Shown: in pieces, positions 1 through 13,010 of the stretch
Layout of the letters: every line of letters begins with the position of its first letter
Numbering within the stretch: position 1 is the stretch's first letter
NCBI GenBank assembly: GCA_964016885.1
Contig: OZ024741.1
Span: forward strand, 341,186,001-341,250,000
Direction of reading: 5' to 3'
DNA: 64,000 nucleotides
Source: Eledone cirrhosa
Taxonomy: Eukaryota
Program-made: the position numbers and the translations under genes
The notes under the pieces: model-generated
What the model saw: the letters and a program-made list of their open reading frames with translations, nothing else
The model's database searches: none
Told to the model about the DNA's origin: nothing

Positions 1-128
1 TTGTTTGGCAAGTTTTCTATGGCTGAATGTCCTTCCTACTACTAACTACTTTATAGAGTTAACTGGGTGTGTTTTATCATGTAAGAAGTACTAGGGTGAT
101 TGTTATGCCCTTGACACAATTGAATATA

Positions 129-448
129 TTAACCTCTTCAGAGCCGTAAACAAGATAACTCGTCCTAACATGTATGCATTCCAGAGCCACGGATGAGATA
201 ATTCATCCTAACATGTTTGAACTCATTTCCAAGAGTTCATAACTTCAAAGTTATGAAATAGTTTCCAACAGTTCCTAACTTCAAAGCCAGATGGGGTTAC
301 TAGTCTATTGATGTGACGTTTGTGAATCATTCAGATATGTGTTGTTAATAAATGTTTGTTTAAAAAATAGTCATTTTACTGAAAAAAAACAAAAAACTGG
401 CATGGTAACTGTAGCTGTGTAAAATATACATGGCAGTCAAGAGGTTAA
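129..448. mobile_element. piggyBac-type MITE (TTAA flanks)
   Basis: ttaa|cctctt ... aagagg|ttaa termini with internal short direct duplications. Confidence 0.55.
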
Positions 449-789
449 AGGGTTACAAAATTTATGAAAGTGCATGTATACACGCTGTTTAAATCTAATA
501 GCAGCTAACCCTATGTAAGCTTTACTAGTAGTCAACAGGTTAATCTATACTGATTAATATTGATTCCTTATTCAATCTCTAGTTATTGTTATTGTTTTTT
601 AGCCGAACGTCATCCCGAGTTGGGCAAATTTCAGATAAAAGGTATTCCAGGTGTGAGAGATCATTCTGTTTAGTTTCTCTTCAGGTATGGTGTATGTTGG
701 AAGTCATTATCTGATGAGAACCTCTCTTCTAAAACTCAATTACTTACAATCAAATTACACATCAAGTACAATATACACAGTTATTATAT

Positions 790-1203
790 CTCATCACCAA
801 AACAACCACCACTATCATCATCATCACCGTCATCATCACCACCAACATCACTATCTCCACCACCACTGCCACCATCATCACCACCACCACTCATAATCAC
901 CACCACCACCCCACCACCCATCATCATCGCCACCACACCACCATCACCGACACTACCACCACCATCACTGCCATAATTACCACAATCAAACCACCATCAC
1001 CACCACCACCACTGCCATAATTACCACAATCAAACCACCACCACCACCACCACTCTACCATCACTTCCATAATTACCACAATCAAACCATTACTACCATC
1101 ATCACCACTTCCACCATCACTACCATCATCACCACTTCCACCATCACCACCATCATCACCACCACCACCACCATCACCACAACCACCACCATAATCCTCA
1201 TCA
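790..1203 (+). repeat. (CAC/CAT)n degenerate trinucleotide tract
   Basis: Seen directly. It produces the spurious His-rich ORF. Confidence 0.9.
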
Positions 1204-1934
1204 TTTTGATATCTGTTCTTTTATGCCAACATTAATGGCATGACTTTGATGTCACACAATAGATTATTAGATGATATATCCTATATATATATATATTGCA
1301 TCAGGTTATCACACGATACCTTTCCCTCACCCCCTCATATTACATTGCTCACATCATTAGCTGAACTATTATATCACAATCTGATATTTTTAACAAATTC
1401 TCTTACTGTAAGATTACTGTAAAGAAAAAAAAAAGATGAATAGATTATAGACAAACACAATGTATATATTATGTGTGTTTGTGTGTGTGTATATATGTAC
1501 GTATATATAAATATAGAGAGAGAGAGAGAATAGAATTAGAATAAGAATTTAGCTTCGAACATAGCTGTATACAAATATGTATTTGAATTTCGTATTTCTA
1601 AAGAAATACGGTATGTTTATAAATAAATATTTAGAAAGCCATAGCTATGAATGACATTGGCAGCTAACACCACTATGCGGTGCTCGGCAGAAGCAAGGAG
1701 GAAATCGTTGATGCATTTCGAACTCAACTGCTTATTATATGATTGTTAAACTTTCTCTATTTCCATCTAATCACATGGCTCGCTAGACTAAAAACCTGTA
1801 TGCATAGAGCATACTAACCTGCTCTATACTGGATAGTAATCTGCATAACTAATTACCTTTCTCTCCTCTTGATTAGTCTATTTGCTTTTTACCTTGTTTA
1901 TATATATATATATGTATAGAGAGAGAGAGAGTGA

Positions 1935-2130
1935 AGGTGCATGACTGAGTGGTTAGAGAATTGGACTCGTAATCGTGAGATCAATTCCTGGACTGGGCAA
2001 TGCATTATGTCATTGAGTAAGACACCTTATTTTCATATTGCTCCTTCTACCTGGAGTTGCGACCGATAGATAGTATTAGCAATTGGAAAGACCAATGGGA
2101 GCATTGTTTCCTCGGTCCAATTCACTGTCA
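1935..2130 (+). mobile_element. tRNA-derived CORE-type SINE, diverged
   Basis: Head ggtgcatgactgagtggttagag, core gtcattgagtaagacacctta. Confidence 0.65.
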
Positions 2131-2142
2131 ATTGACTGTTGA

Positions 2143-2533
2143 TCATCATCATCATCATCATCACCGTTTTACATCCGTTCTTCCACGCTAGCATGGGTTA
2201 GACGGGTTGTCCTGTTGTGGGCAGTGTCCAGTGGGCTGACCCTGTCTTGCTCATATGGGAACTGATTCTGGCTTGATTTCTACAGCTGGATGCCCTTCCT
2301 AACACCAACCTCATTTACAATGAGTGCTGGGTGTTTTTTTGCCGTGGCACCTCCACGACCACTTTGCAGTGGAATGATAGGGACCCCAGTCCTATCAGCT
2401 TATTTCTACAGCTGAGTAAACTGGAGCAATGTGAAATAAAGTGTCTTGCTCAAGGAAACAACACATCACCCGGTCTGAGAATTGAACTCACAACTTTTCG
2501 ATTGCAAGCCCAATACTCTAACCACTAACCCAT
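2143..2533 (-). mobile_element. tRNA-head CORE-SINE with RTE-derived 3' tail and (GAT)n end
   Basis: Reverse complement of the SINEs at 17014 and 17441. The tail matches the RTE LINE 3' UTR at 16728-16997. Confidence 0.85.
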
Positions 2534-2755
2534 ATTAATATATATATATATAGTATTAGTTATACTATTTATGGTTATGTAAATACAAAACCTTAAGCAG
2601 TTGTAAGTATTTTACACACACCCTAAATAGTGGTAGGCAGTATTGTATTACTACCTTATTACCAGTAAGTTAAGTAGCTCAATGTAAAGACATCAGATGA
2701 TTTACAGAGCAGTTATATGAAATATAAGAATCAAAGAACTGTTCAAAACATTATT

Positions 2756-2803
2756 GTGCTTACAGCTGTTTCCTCCGAACCGAGGTTTGGATTCTTCGGA
2801 GCA
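2756..2803 (-). ncRNA. Type I hammerhead ribozyme motif, variant core CCGAAGA
   Basis: Minus strand: tgct CCGAAGA atccaaacc-tc-ggttcgga g GAAA cagctg TA agca. Confidence 0.65.
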
Positions 2804-4134
2804 ATTTATTAATGCATGGACAGTTATATGACCTCCTTTTCAGCCGAGAGACATACCAATACATATTCAAACATTGATACATATTCAAACATTGTGGGTC
2901 AACATTCATTACAGAATTTAGAGTGGCAGTACACACTTCGAGATTACATTTATATTAATAGGTACAATCAAAAATCAAAAATATAGGTTAAAATACAACA
3001 TGAAGATAAGCGGTTATATAGTGCAAATGTTATATGTGTGGCACGCATGTGCGTCTTGTTTATATAGTGTGGCAGAGAGATATGTGTGGTAGAGGCACTT
3101 AGGTAGGTAAATAAGAGTGTTAGGTTGGTAGATCTGGTGGCAAATTCTTTATATGATTGATATAGTCTGTGTGTGGAGAAATATTATAAGCATTAAAGAT
3201 AGTGCAAGCATTAAAAGTGTTATAAGTAATGGAGATGCACAGCGCAGGGATGTCAAGTATTTCATGTACTTCGGCATTTTCATGGTCAGGGGAGTGTATT
3301 TTTCGATTATATGCCCTTCACATAATCCACGACAATCCAGTTAGAGATCGTAGTCTGGTGTTCTTTAGTTCGATACAGGAGGTTGTTACGTTTCTAGAAA
3401 CGCCATTGAATACCGCCCGGAAGTGTGTGTGTGGCTAAGGGGAGTTAATGCATGCGGGGAGGTAACTCTGGGGTTTCTATATCTAGCCATTAAAATGTGT
3501 CCCAATATAGACCCTAAATTCCATGGTGATGCGCATCTTCCAAGAGAGATTTTTAAAGCATAAAGTGTATTAACTATAGAGTAGTTTAATTAAGTTATGC
3601 TGAAGGTGATCATATTATTATGGTGGATTAACCCATCTTAAGGTGCTACTAATGGAAATTATAGATGATGAGCGAGGATTCTAAATTAATGATCTCTGTG
3701 GTTGTAGTCTGCTCATATGACCAGGCGTGGAGATTGCAGGATTGCTTCAGGACCCAATGATCTCTGGTAAGATCTGGGTCATCGCTTGCTACATTTGATG
3801 TCGAAAGATAATTATCCCCAGGCCGGCCAAAGGTCAATCAGCGCTACTCGATTAAGTCATTTTACATCCGTCTAAGGAAGGTGTTTCCTCTGCACCACAC
3901 TATCCAACCGATCAATTCATGCTCAAAATACCCTTAGAGCGGTGTAGTGCCGTTCAAGTGGGTGGATGTTGTCACACCTGCCGTAGAGGTATAAATGGGT
4001 ATTCTCCCTGCGAAGGGTTCCAGAGGGATGTCATTGTTTGTGTTATAATGGATCAGCTAGTGTTGGGTATGTAGTATAAGGTGTGTCTCTGGTGTTTGAT
4101 GCTAGATGTGGTGTTAGGTTCCAGTCCGACATTG

Positions 4135-4599
4135 CTATATATTGGGCTTAAAGTTTTGGAAGGAATGTCTGAGGCGGTGCTGGCAAGTTGCAAACACCTC
4201 AAATTTTTTGTTAAGTAGGTTACGGTTGGAGAAGATAATATTGTGTGTCTCTAGTATACAGAGGTTACAGAATTTATTAGGTGGTTTGTACGAGGTCGCG
4301 CTTCCTATCACTTCCCATTTGAGTGTGTATGGTTTATTTTTAGATTTTAGATAGTGTATGTAGCTAGAAAGTGGGGTGGAGTTGGCTAGGCTGTGCTTTT
4401 TGAACGAGTGGATGTGCGAATTATATCTGATTTTGAAGCAGTTAGAAGTGGAGCCTACATAGGTTTCTGAAGAGTTATTAGTCGTGACGGTGCATGAGTA
4501 TATGACATCCTTGGTTAGGCATTTTTTATCTAAAGGGCAGGTTCTATTAGCTCTACAGTTACAATTATCCTGTGCGTTAGTCCGCTGGTTATAATGCAA
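4135..4599 (-). pseudogene. GIY-YIG endonuclease domain of a Penelope-like element
   Basis: VIY and YVG motifs plus CCHH-type cysteines in the ORF translation. Confidence 0.85.
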
Positions 4600-4807
4600 T
4601 GCGGAAGTCTGTGTGGTAGATATAGGATTTTGGGTGTTCGGGTTGACAACCCTGGTGTTATTACTTATACTAGTGTTATTTCTATTGTTACTGCCGTTGC
4701 TATGGTTGCTTGCTACAGTGGTATTTAGAGGGTTTGCATCCCGTTGTGATTTTGTTTGTTGGAAGTAAGAACTAATTTTACTATTATTGCTGCTAGCTAT
4801 GTGGTAT

Positions 4808-4838
<31 letters not shown>

Positions 4839-4841
4839 GGG

Positions 4842-5359
4842 CAAAGTTATCTTGAATATCGAGTTTGTGTATGTGTATTAGAATTTGTAGAATAATGGGA
4901 AGAACTCAACCCAAGGAAGCTGTTAAAACATCAAAATGCCTTCAATGACAGTGTAAGGTAAAATTTGCCTCAAAGGATAGAAAACACTGGCTAGAAGTGT
5001 GTTGGCCTGCAAAAGTGATAGGAAGAAAGGAGCAAAGGAAGAAAATGGATGAGAGAAGATCGCACAAACATTTAAATGCACTCATCAGCTTTTAGATTGC
5101 CTGTGGTTTTGACGATTTAACTAAAACTACCACATAAAATAGACAGCTCATGCAATATTGAAATAAATATTTCTGTTGGTATGATGTTTGTGTGAGGAAT
5201 GGACAGATTAGACACACAGACAGACAGATCAGAGAGAGAGAAAAATAAAATGCGTCAACTCTGCATCATGTCGCTATTAGAAAAAACAACAAAGACTCTG
5301 GTTGCGGAGGTGGTAGCAAGTGGAAGTGATGAGTTATCTCGATATTCAAGATAACTTTG
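4842..5359. mobile_element. MITE-like segment bounded by a perfect 22-bp inverted repeat
   Basis: caaagttatcttgaatatcgag (4842-4863) pairs with ctcgatattcaagataactttg (5338-5359). Confidence 0.55.
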
Positions 5360-5813
5360 TCTATATTTTATCACAGCTATTGTAGTTTTCTATGTTGGAC
5401 GGATACCATGCCTGAGGTTCATTAGCTATTTGTTTTCCTCTTCCTTTTCCTCCTACTTTCATTCTTTCTCTCTCTCCCCCACTCTTCCCTTCCTCTTACT
5501 GCTTCTTTTCTTCCCTTCTCCCTTCTCCGATCTGCTGCCCTTACTCATCACTTCCACTTGCTAACACCTCCACAGCCAGAGTTTTGTTGTTGTCTTTTCT
5601 AACAGCAGGTTAAAGGGTGTCAAAGTAGAAGAGATACCCTAATACCCACATGAATTATAAAGATTCTCATTACATGTTTACTTAAAGGTATTCAAGGATT
5701 TCCCAGCAATTATGATTCCTGTTAGCTTACTAAAGGTTAATAACGAAAGAACTTGTAAATTATAAATGTAAAAACATCAAAATTTCTCCATAGGCAATTT
5801 TTTGCTCACCCGT

Positions 5814-5975
5814 AGGGCAGTAAATTGGCAGAGTGATTAAAACATTGAATAGAATGCTTTGCAGTATTTGTTTCAACTCTCTTCTCTCTGAGTTCAAATC
5901 GCACCGAGGTCAACTTGGCCTTTCAGCCATTCAAGGTCAATAAAAAAAGGTACCAGTCTAGTACTGGGTCGATTC
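5814..5975 (+). mobile_element. tRNA-derived SINE (family 2)
   Basis: ggcagtaaattggcag...gagttcaaatc...gaggtcaact...cctttca...ggtcaataaa...gtaccagt. Confidence 0.75.
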
Positions 5976-6720
5976 TTCCTCTATATCTCTTTCTCTCACT
6001 CTCTCTTTCTCTGGAAAAAAAAAAATGCTGTATTCAGACCTGAAGAGGAGATTGGACTCTGTCAGGTTTAATAATGCCCTAGAAATGATGTATATTAATA
6101 CAGTGTCCCTACAACTCCCCTAGAAGTTCCAGGACCATGCCATGCACGTTAGCTCCTATGGTAAAATCAGCCTAATTTTATCCTCATGTCTATTCAAATA
6201 GTTGCTCCATAATTATGATTAATTATAAGATATAATATATTACTTACAATTATTTATAATACACATTTTCATACCTTATACATATGGCTGATTAGTTGGT
6301 AATTGGCCAGTTTTCTTATCAGTGCCTTCCCACCTTTACATATATATATATATACAGAAATACCACATCCTTTCCTCATTTATTGGTTCTAGAAGTCAAG
6401 ACAAATTGAAAAACGATGAATGTTGAATTAACCCCATCATAAACCGTTAATTGACATTCCCCCAGTGCTGTACTTAAACTGTATATTTTAGAGTTTATTT
6501 AAATGTAATTTTATGTTTTTATTGTGTTTTTTTTAAATTGTTTTTTATGGTTTAATATTTTTGGCAGACTGATCTAAAGTTGAATTAATTGACATAACAT
6601 GAGGTTTCTTTTTGCCATAAACATTAAGAAAAACTGCCATAACTTTGAAAATGATGAAACTCAAAATGTCGTAAGCTGAGGTATATCTGTATATATATTC
6701 TCCATGCATATCTTCCTTAT

Positions 6721-6878
6721 AGGCGGCAAATTGGCAGCATCATTAGAATGTCAGATAGAATGTTTTCTAGTATTCGTTTCGGCCCTCTGCTCTCTGAGTT
6801 CAAATCCTGCTGAGGTCAACTTTGTCTTTCATCCATTTAAGGTCAATAAACAAGTACCAGTTTAGTACTAGTGTCAAT
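6721..6878 (+). mobile_element. tRNA-derived SINE (family 2)
   Basis: Same family as 5814. The flanking ~130 bp is also similar (6026-6150 vs 6949-7080), suggesting an old local duplication. Confidence 0.75.
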
Positions 6879-7406
6879 TCTACCTCTATATCTCTTTCTC
6901 ACTTCTATTCTCTCACTCTCTATGCTCTATCCGTCTCTGGAAGAAATCTGCTGTATTCACATCTAGTGAGGAGAGGGGCTCCACCAGGTTTAAAAATGCC
7001 CAAGAAATGCCATAAGTCAATATGGCACCCCTATGACTCCCCCAAGAGTTACATGGCTAGAAAGAAGGATATCTTCCCTGCAGGAGTCAACCTGCAACAT
7101 CATCATCATCATCATCATCATCGTTTAACATCCATCTTCCACGCTAGCATCGATTAGATGGGATTGTCCCACTTAAGGTAAGATTGGTCGGGTGACCGTG
7201 TCTCACTCATATAGAACTGTCTCTGGCAGGTTTTCTACGGCTGGATGCTCTTCCTAACACCAACCACATTTATGGTGTGGACAATTTAAACTAAAAATAA
7301 ACATCAATCTCATCAGCCTTGGAGAGCCTGTGAAGGTCATAATTACAGCCCCTTCCTCGAGACCTAGAAAATAAAAATAAACAGACAAAGGGAAATATTG
7401 ACTCAC

Positions 7407-7503
7407 CATTGTGTATTGAGGCTCCTGTCACTTTGACAACACTATCCAACCATTTAATGTCGATATATTTCTCTTTCACTAATGATAACAGGTTTTCTAC
7501 CAA
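7407..7503 (-). CDS. SORCS: SorCS-like exon G (juxtamembrane ectodomain)
   Basis: Acceptor tcttttgtccAG and donor GTgagt. Encodes LVENLLSLVKEKYIDIKWLDSVVKVTGASIHN. 97 nt, phase 0 to 1, consistent with the preceding exon. Confidence 0.8.
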
Positions 7504-8397
7504 CTGGACAAAAGATGGATTGGTTCAGTCATGAAATAGAATAGAATGCAATTAGATAGTTGAGTGACATTAACTATTTATTTAACACATCATTACTACC
7601 ATCATCCTAACCATCATTGTCTTCAATGCTAGTTAAACCCTCAATACTGCAGTACTATCTGAGGTATTAGTGGACATCATCATCATTATCATCATTATCA
7701 TCATCATCATCATATAAACAATCAATAGCTGCAGTACTACCTCAGGTACCATAGTGAACACTTATCCTTTTTGATACCATATTTCTAATGAAATACACTG
7801 CCTTCAATTTTAAAACAATTGGAGAGATTTAGCTATATAATTTAATTTACTTCTTCATTATTTATTTATTGTTTGGAACATATCTTAATAGAGGTTCTAA
7901 TATAGAATTATGAAAGTGTTTAGGTAAATATAAACACTTTAAAATAAATAGCTTTGTATTATTGAACCATGGGCTGTTGCAGGAAGTTTGTATTATTAAA
8001 AAGATATAATCAACATCTCCCATTATCTCTCTGTGGTACCATTATGGAAATTTAAACAATCTACCACTCTAGTTATCTACATGGGGTACCACAATGGAGA
8101 TTTAAACCACCAACAGCTCCACTTATCTCTTTAGGGTACTACAGTGGAGATTTAGACAATCTAACAATCAAACTGAATAATAGCGGTGGTACTAAATATT
8201 ATTGGTAAATGCAATGAGTGAGGAGGAAAGTGCGACAACACTGATAGTAACAGTGTATTCTAAAACAGGTTGTTTTTAAACTGGAGCTTCCAACCCATTA
8301 GTGTGTCGTGTGACATTAAGCAAAAGTCTGAAAAAAATGGGCTGCAATACAAAATGTAGCTGTTGCTTTGTGTCACAGTAAGAAAAAAAAAAAAAAA

Positions 8398-8800
8398 TGA
8401 AAATTGAGTACAGTGCGCTGGTGCACTACAACTCATCAAAGGTGCATGTATAGTTCATAGAATAATGTACAAAAGTCAGGAAAGTTAACATTGTAGGTGT
8501 CATAATACATACACACATACATGCGTGCATGTGCATGGAGGGGGAATATCAAGTGTAGTGTTGGTGAATTTCGGGAAGCATGGAGGTTTTAAAGGATGCA
8601 GTGTCCCAACAGCTAACAACTGATGCAGGTAGTTTGTTCCATACTTCAGCAACTCTGAGCATGAAAAAATGTTTCCAAAAGTCATGGGAGCTGTGCTGTT
8701 TTCTGACTTTGTAGACATGCCCACGGGTGTTAGACACATGGTTGTTGTTGGCAAAATGGTTAATAATTATGTGAGTGTTTAAGAAGTCAGGTGACAAACG
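8398..8800 (-). mobile_element. CR1/L2-group LINE 3' fragment
   Basis: TRGH.YK......FF..RV...WN.LP..VV......FK C-terminal motif. A related 3' UTR lies at 28315-28500 (+). Confidence 0.8.
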
Positions 8801-9736
8801 TTGGAGCTTTAATGTATCCAAATGTTTGACAAATGCTGCTTTAACCATTTTGATACCGAAACTGCCTGAAACCTCCCACCAAATTCTGTATCACAAAACT
8901 ATTTTATAGTGTTTTAAACTATTTATCTAAAAACCTTCCTTCATAATTTTGTGTAAAAACATTTATTTAGTTATATTCCAAACACTATTTTAATAATAAA
9001 AATGTTGTTTTACTAAATCTTTTCAAATTCTCAATTATTTTCAAGTGAAAATTATAGACAGTGACTTTTTTTAGAAATACTGTAATAAAAGAGTAAATAG
9101 ATAAAAAGTATTTATAGAAGTTAATCAGCATTGTTTTGATATGATAATTGGATTAAAGTACAAATTGTGTTATCACAACTTATCACAGCAGGCAGAGGGA
9201 TATAAGGATTATTCAAAATATATTCAGATAATACTACTTATGTATTATTTTTATTTATTTATTTTGTTATTTCTTCGTTTGTTTTCTTTGTTTTCTTTCA
9301 TTCACTTTTGTTTACATTCTCTTTTATGCTACGTCAAAGATGCATATGATTATCATTATCATCGCCATCAGCATCATTACTGTCATATCCACAACCACAA
9401 ACATCACCACCATCTTCATCATAGTTGTCATCCCCACAATCCACGACTACCACGACTACCATCACCATCATTCTCATTACTACAGCTGCAACTACCCCCC
9501 CCCCCCCCCAACACCACCACCGAACATATATTTACTTTTCCATGATAAAAAGATCTTATTTTCAAAAGAAAATTTTTTTCAAATTCTCGTTAATGTTATT
9601 TTTTATATCCATTTAACAACTTTTAATGTTAATTGGATTCTCATCATTATTCTGAACTGTGTGAATATGTATACACACACACATTTTTTTCATAGATATG
9701 TATGCGTGTTTATATATATATATATGTATGTGTAAG

Positions 9737-10305
9737 TAAGTAAGTTAATTACTATAATTTTCTTATTTTACGTCTTTTATATAATTGTTCTATCTCTTTG
9801 TATTGAACCCCAAAGTTACTAAGACAAAACCTATATCTTTGCTAGCGTAAGTATACATCTGTATAAATATGTTGGTAGATATACTAATTCTTTATAATTA
9901 TCTCCAAATTATTTTGTTGAGCAAAAATTTGCCTAAATTACTACTATGGTTCATAGTATTAGTTTGGCTACTGTCTTTTTAACACCCCACTCCTCACTGA
10001 TTAACTTCGATGTCACGTGATGGATTCTTTTGAATTTGCCACTGACCAGGAAGGCAGTGAAATTTTCAATGTCTTGGAATTTAGTCCGCGCTTGTTTTTT
10101 TCCATCCACTGAATTATTTTTGTATAAGTTTGCTGTGTCCGCGTATTGCCAGGAACCTTAGCCGAGAATGACTCCCTGACGAAGAAAGGATTCTCCATGG
10201 TCTCCATTTGAAGACTATGTATATCCCCTTTCAGAAACTAATTAGTTGGAGTGAAATTTAAGTAAGTTAATTACTATAATTTTCTTATTTTACGTCTTTT
10301 ATATA
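9737..10305 (+). mobile_element. Non-coding, terminally repeated hammerhead-containing retroelement (retrozyme-like or Penelope pLTR unit)
   Basis: ~47-bp direct repeat at 9737-9783 and 10259-10305, with a hammerhead just upstream of the second copy and TA-rich flanks. Confidence 0.65.
10171..10252 (+). ncRNA. Type I hammerhead ribozyme, canonical core
   Basis: actcc CTGACGA a-gaaagg...cctttc-a GAAA ctaattag TT ggagt. Stem I actcc/ggagt, palindromic stem III, GUU site. Confidence 0.8.
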
Positions 10306-10486
10306 TGTATCTATTTTACGTCTTTTATATATATATATATACATGTGTGAGCATATATATATATATATATATATATATTAATAATAATAAAATTGAAGAC
10401 TAAAATCCAAAGAGGGCTCGATAAGGAAAATATATATCAAATATATAAGAACCGTAGAGCAAATATTTATTAAAATAACAGATTAA

Positions 10487-10537
10487 AGTTTAAGCAAAGA
10501 ATCGCTGCTTTCACCCTTAACGGGATCTTCTGAAACT
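10487..10537 (-). ncRNA. Hammerhead-like motif, variant core CAGAAGA
   Basis: agttt CAGAAGA tccc-gttaa-gggt GAAA gca-loop-tgc TT aaact. Confidence 0.6.
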
Positions 10538-13010
10538 AACAAAGTCAATCTGTAAACGCAGAACTGGATATTTCAAAAAAACGTTGCAACCGGAAGAAGA
10601 CAGGAAGACGATACTTTGGTTCGTGGTAACGTTTGCTGGCAAAGAACGGGAAAACCGAATAATACGTCATTAATAGGAGCGGTGAAAAACAATTACGCGC
10701 GTAGACAAAAGCACGTTTATAGTATAAAAGAGGTCGTAGACTAATGTTCTCTTAGGTGGTGCATAGAGACGTTCTCTGGCAATGAACGAAAAAACGAAGA
10801 TAATAAGTCATATGTGGAGCGTGGAGAACAATAGCACGCAAAGACAAAACCACGTAAATGGTATAGCAGAAATCGTAGACTAAAATTCTAACTAGGAGAC
10901 CAAATGAATCTCCGCTACAGAGTTAAGAACAAAGTAAATAAATACAATACAGAAGTAATAGAAACAAATAAATACATACACGCAAACAGATACGTACATA
11001 CACAAGCATACGCAAAACCTTACCATGGGTATACAAAACCACGCACATATAAATATGTGTGTGTGTGTATGCTTGTGTACAAATAAATAAATAATTATAT
11101 AAACGTATTTAAGTAAATAAATACGTATATAACAAGCGCACACGCATACCTACATATAAATACACGAATGTTTGGAGACGTAAGTCAACTAAAACAAGAA
11201 GTGCACATATACACCCACCCACAATACGTACGAACCTGCACACTCACGCGGACGCAAAACTCCCGTATACACATAGCCAAACCCTAAATACCAGAATATG
11301 TAAAAATTATACGCTATAACAGTCAAATATACATACGGGTAATATATACTTACCTATGCAAATAAGTAAAGGAATAAACAAAACATATACTTAGCTCCCA
11401 CAGCAAGACGTAAACTATCCACGTATAGATCATGCTATCCGTTAGGGTATAACGTGGGGCTGTAATACAGGAAAGTTTTGTGCAATTTATGTTTACAAGC
11501 CGAAATTGCCTCAGATTTTTTGTTTAAGATGTGGTCTGTAGCGTAGAGTATTTCCAGGGCCTCAGCGGCGCAGAGGTCACATGGTCTTTTATTTCCGTTA
11601 TACGATCTAGCCCTAGCTAGGATCTCCCAGTGTAACTTATATTGGGTGTGGTTGTCTTTTAGACTCCAGATATAAGCTGAAAGTGACGTCATATTCCTTC
11701 GTAGAGGGTAACGAAAAGAATGGGTATGCATGTAAAGACGCTGCTTGAAACTATTGGCAGTTAACCCTATGTAGGCCCTACGGGACGTGGGTGTTACAAC
11801 CTTACATTTGTAGACAATGTTATTAGAGAGGCATTTCCCGGATAGGGGGCAATCAGCCCGATTCCTACAATTACAGTTAGTACTAACTACAGGGTTGCAC
11901 GTGTTCCTACGGCTAGGTAGTTTAGCTAAATTTGAAGCTGTGATGTTATGTGCAAGGTTAGGAGTCGTAGAGTAAGAAATTTTAATAGTATTTCTATTAA
12001 AAATTTTACTATATTTATGTGTAGGGGAAAATGCTTCGTAATAAGGGAAAGAAAGATCTTAGCTAATGGTGTGGCCACCTCCATATTATATGGTGGGTTA
12101 AACCAACAAATGCGACGGGATCTATTTCTTCTAGGTCTATTTTCGTACTCTGTATATGCATAGGTAAGTATATATTACCCGTATGTTTTGTGAAGGTATG
12201 CATACCTTCTCGTACGTATATTTGACTGTTATAGCGTATAATTTTTACATATTCTGGTATTTAGGGTTTGGCTATGTGTATACGGGAGTTTTGCGTCCGC
12301 GTGAGTGTGCAGGTTCGTACGTATTGTGGGTGTGTGTATATGTGTACTTCTTGTTTTAGTTGACTTACATCTCCGAACATTCGTGTATTTATATGTAGGT
12401 ATGCGTGTGCGCTTGTTATATACGTATTTATTTACTTATATACGTTTATATAATTATTTATTTATTTGTACACAAGCATACACACACACACATATTTATA
12501 TGTGCGTGGTTTTGTATACCCATGGTAAGGTTTTGCGTATGCTTGTGTATGTACGTATCTGTTTGCGTGTATGTATTTATTTGTTTCTATTACTTCTGTA
12601 TTGTATTTATTTACTTTGTTCTTAACTCTGTAGCGGAGATTCATTTGGTCTCCTAGTTAGAATTTTAGTCTACGATTTCTGCTATACCATTTACGTGGTT
12701 TTGTCTTTGCGTGCTATTGTTCTCCACGCTCCACATATGACTTATTATCTTCGTTTTTTCGTTCATTGCCAGAGAACGTCTCTATGCAGCACCCAAGAGA
12801 ACATTAGTCTACGACCTCTTTTATACCATAAACGTGCTTTTGTCTACGCGCGTAATTGTTTTTCACCGCTCCTATTAATGACGTATTATTCGTTTTTTCC
12901 CGTTCTTTGCCAGCGAACGTTACCACGAACCAAAGTATCGTCTTCCTCTCTTCCTCCGGTTGCAACGTTTTTTGAAATATCCAGTTCTGCGTTTACAGAT
13001 TGACTTTGTT

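Larger units (their letters stand above)
2700..4805 (-). mobile_element. Penelope-like element, 5'-truncated (GIY-YIG endonuclease end plus long 3' region with hammerhead)
   Basis: ORF 4135-4599 contains CNC....CPL...C...VIY.C.V.......YVG.T...FK.RY..H and C.LC..E. Hammerhead motif at 2756-2803. Confidence 0.85.

Noticed and set aside
687-1203. His-rich ORF
   Set aside because: Translation of a (CAC/CAT)n microsatellite, with no splice or domain support.
1-7400. Transmembrane exon of the SorCS-like gene
   Set aside because: I found no convincing phase-1 exon with a hydrophobic helix. It is probably beyond the window or was missed by eye.
10013-10207. 64-aa minus-strand ORF as a candidate SORCS exon
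   Set aside because: No fitting splice sites or similarity, exons F and G already join in phase, and it is the antisense of the hammerhead element.
10892-12656. Duplicated 83-aa and 60-aa ORFs on opposite strands as a gene pair
   Set aside because: By-product of the Penelope inverted repeat in low-complexity UTR sequence.
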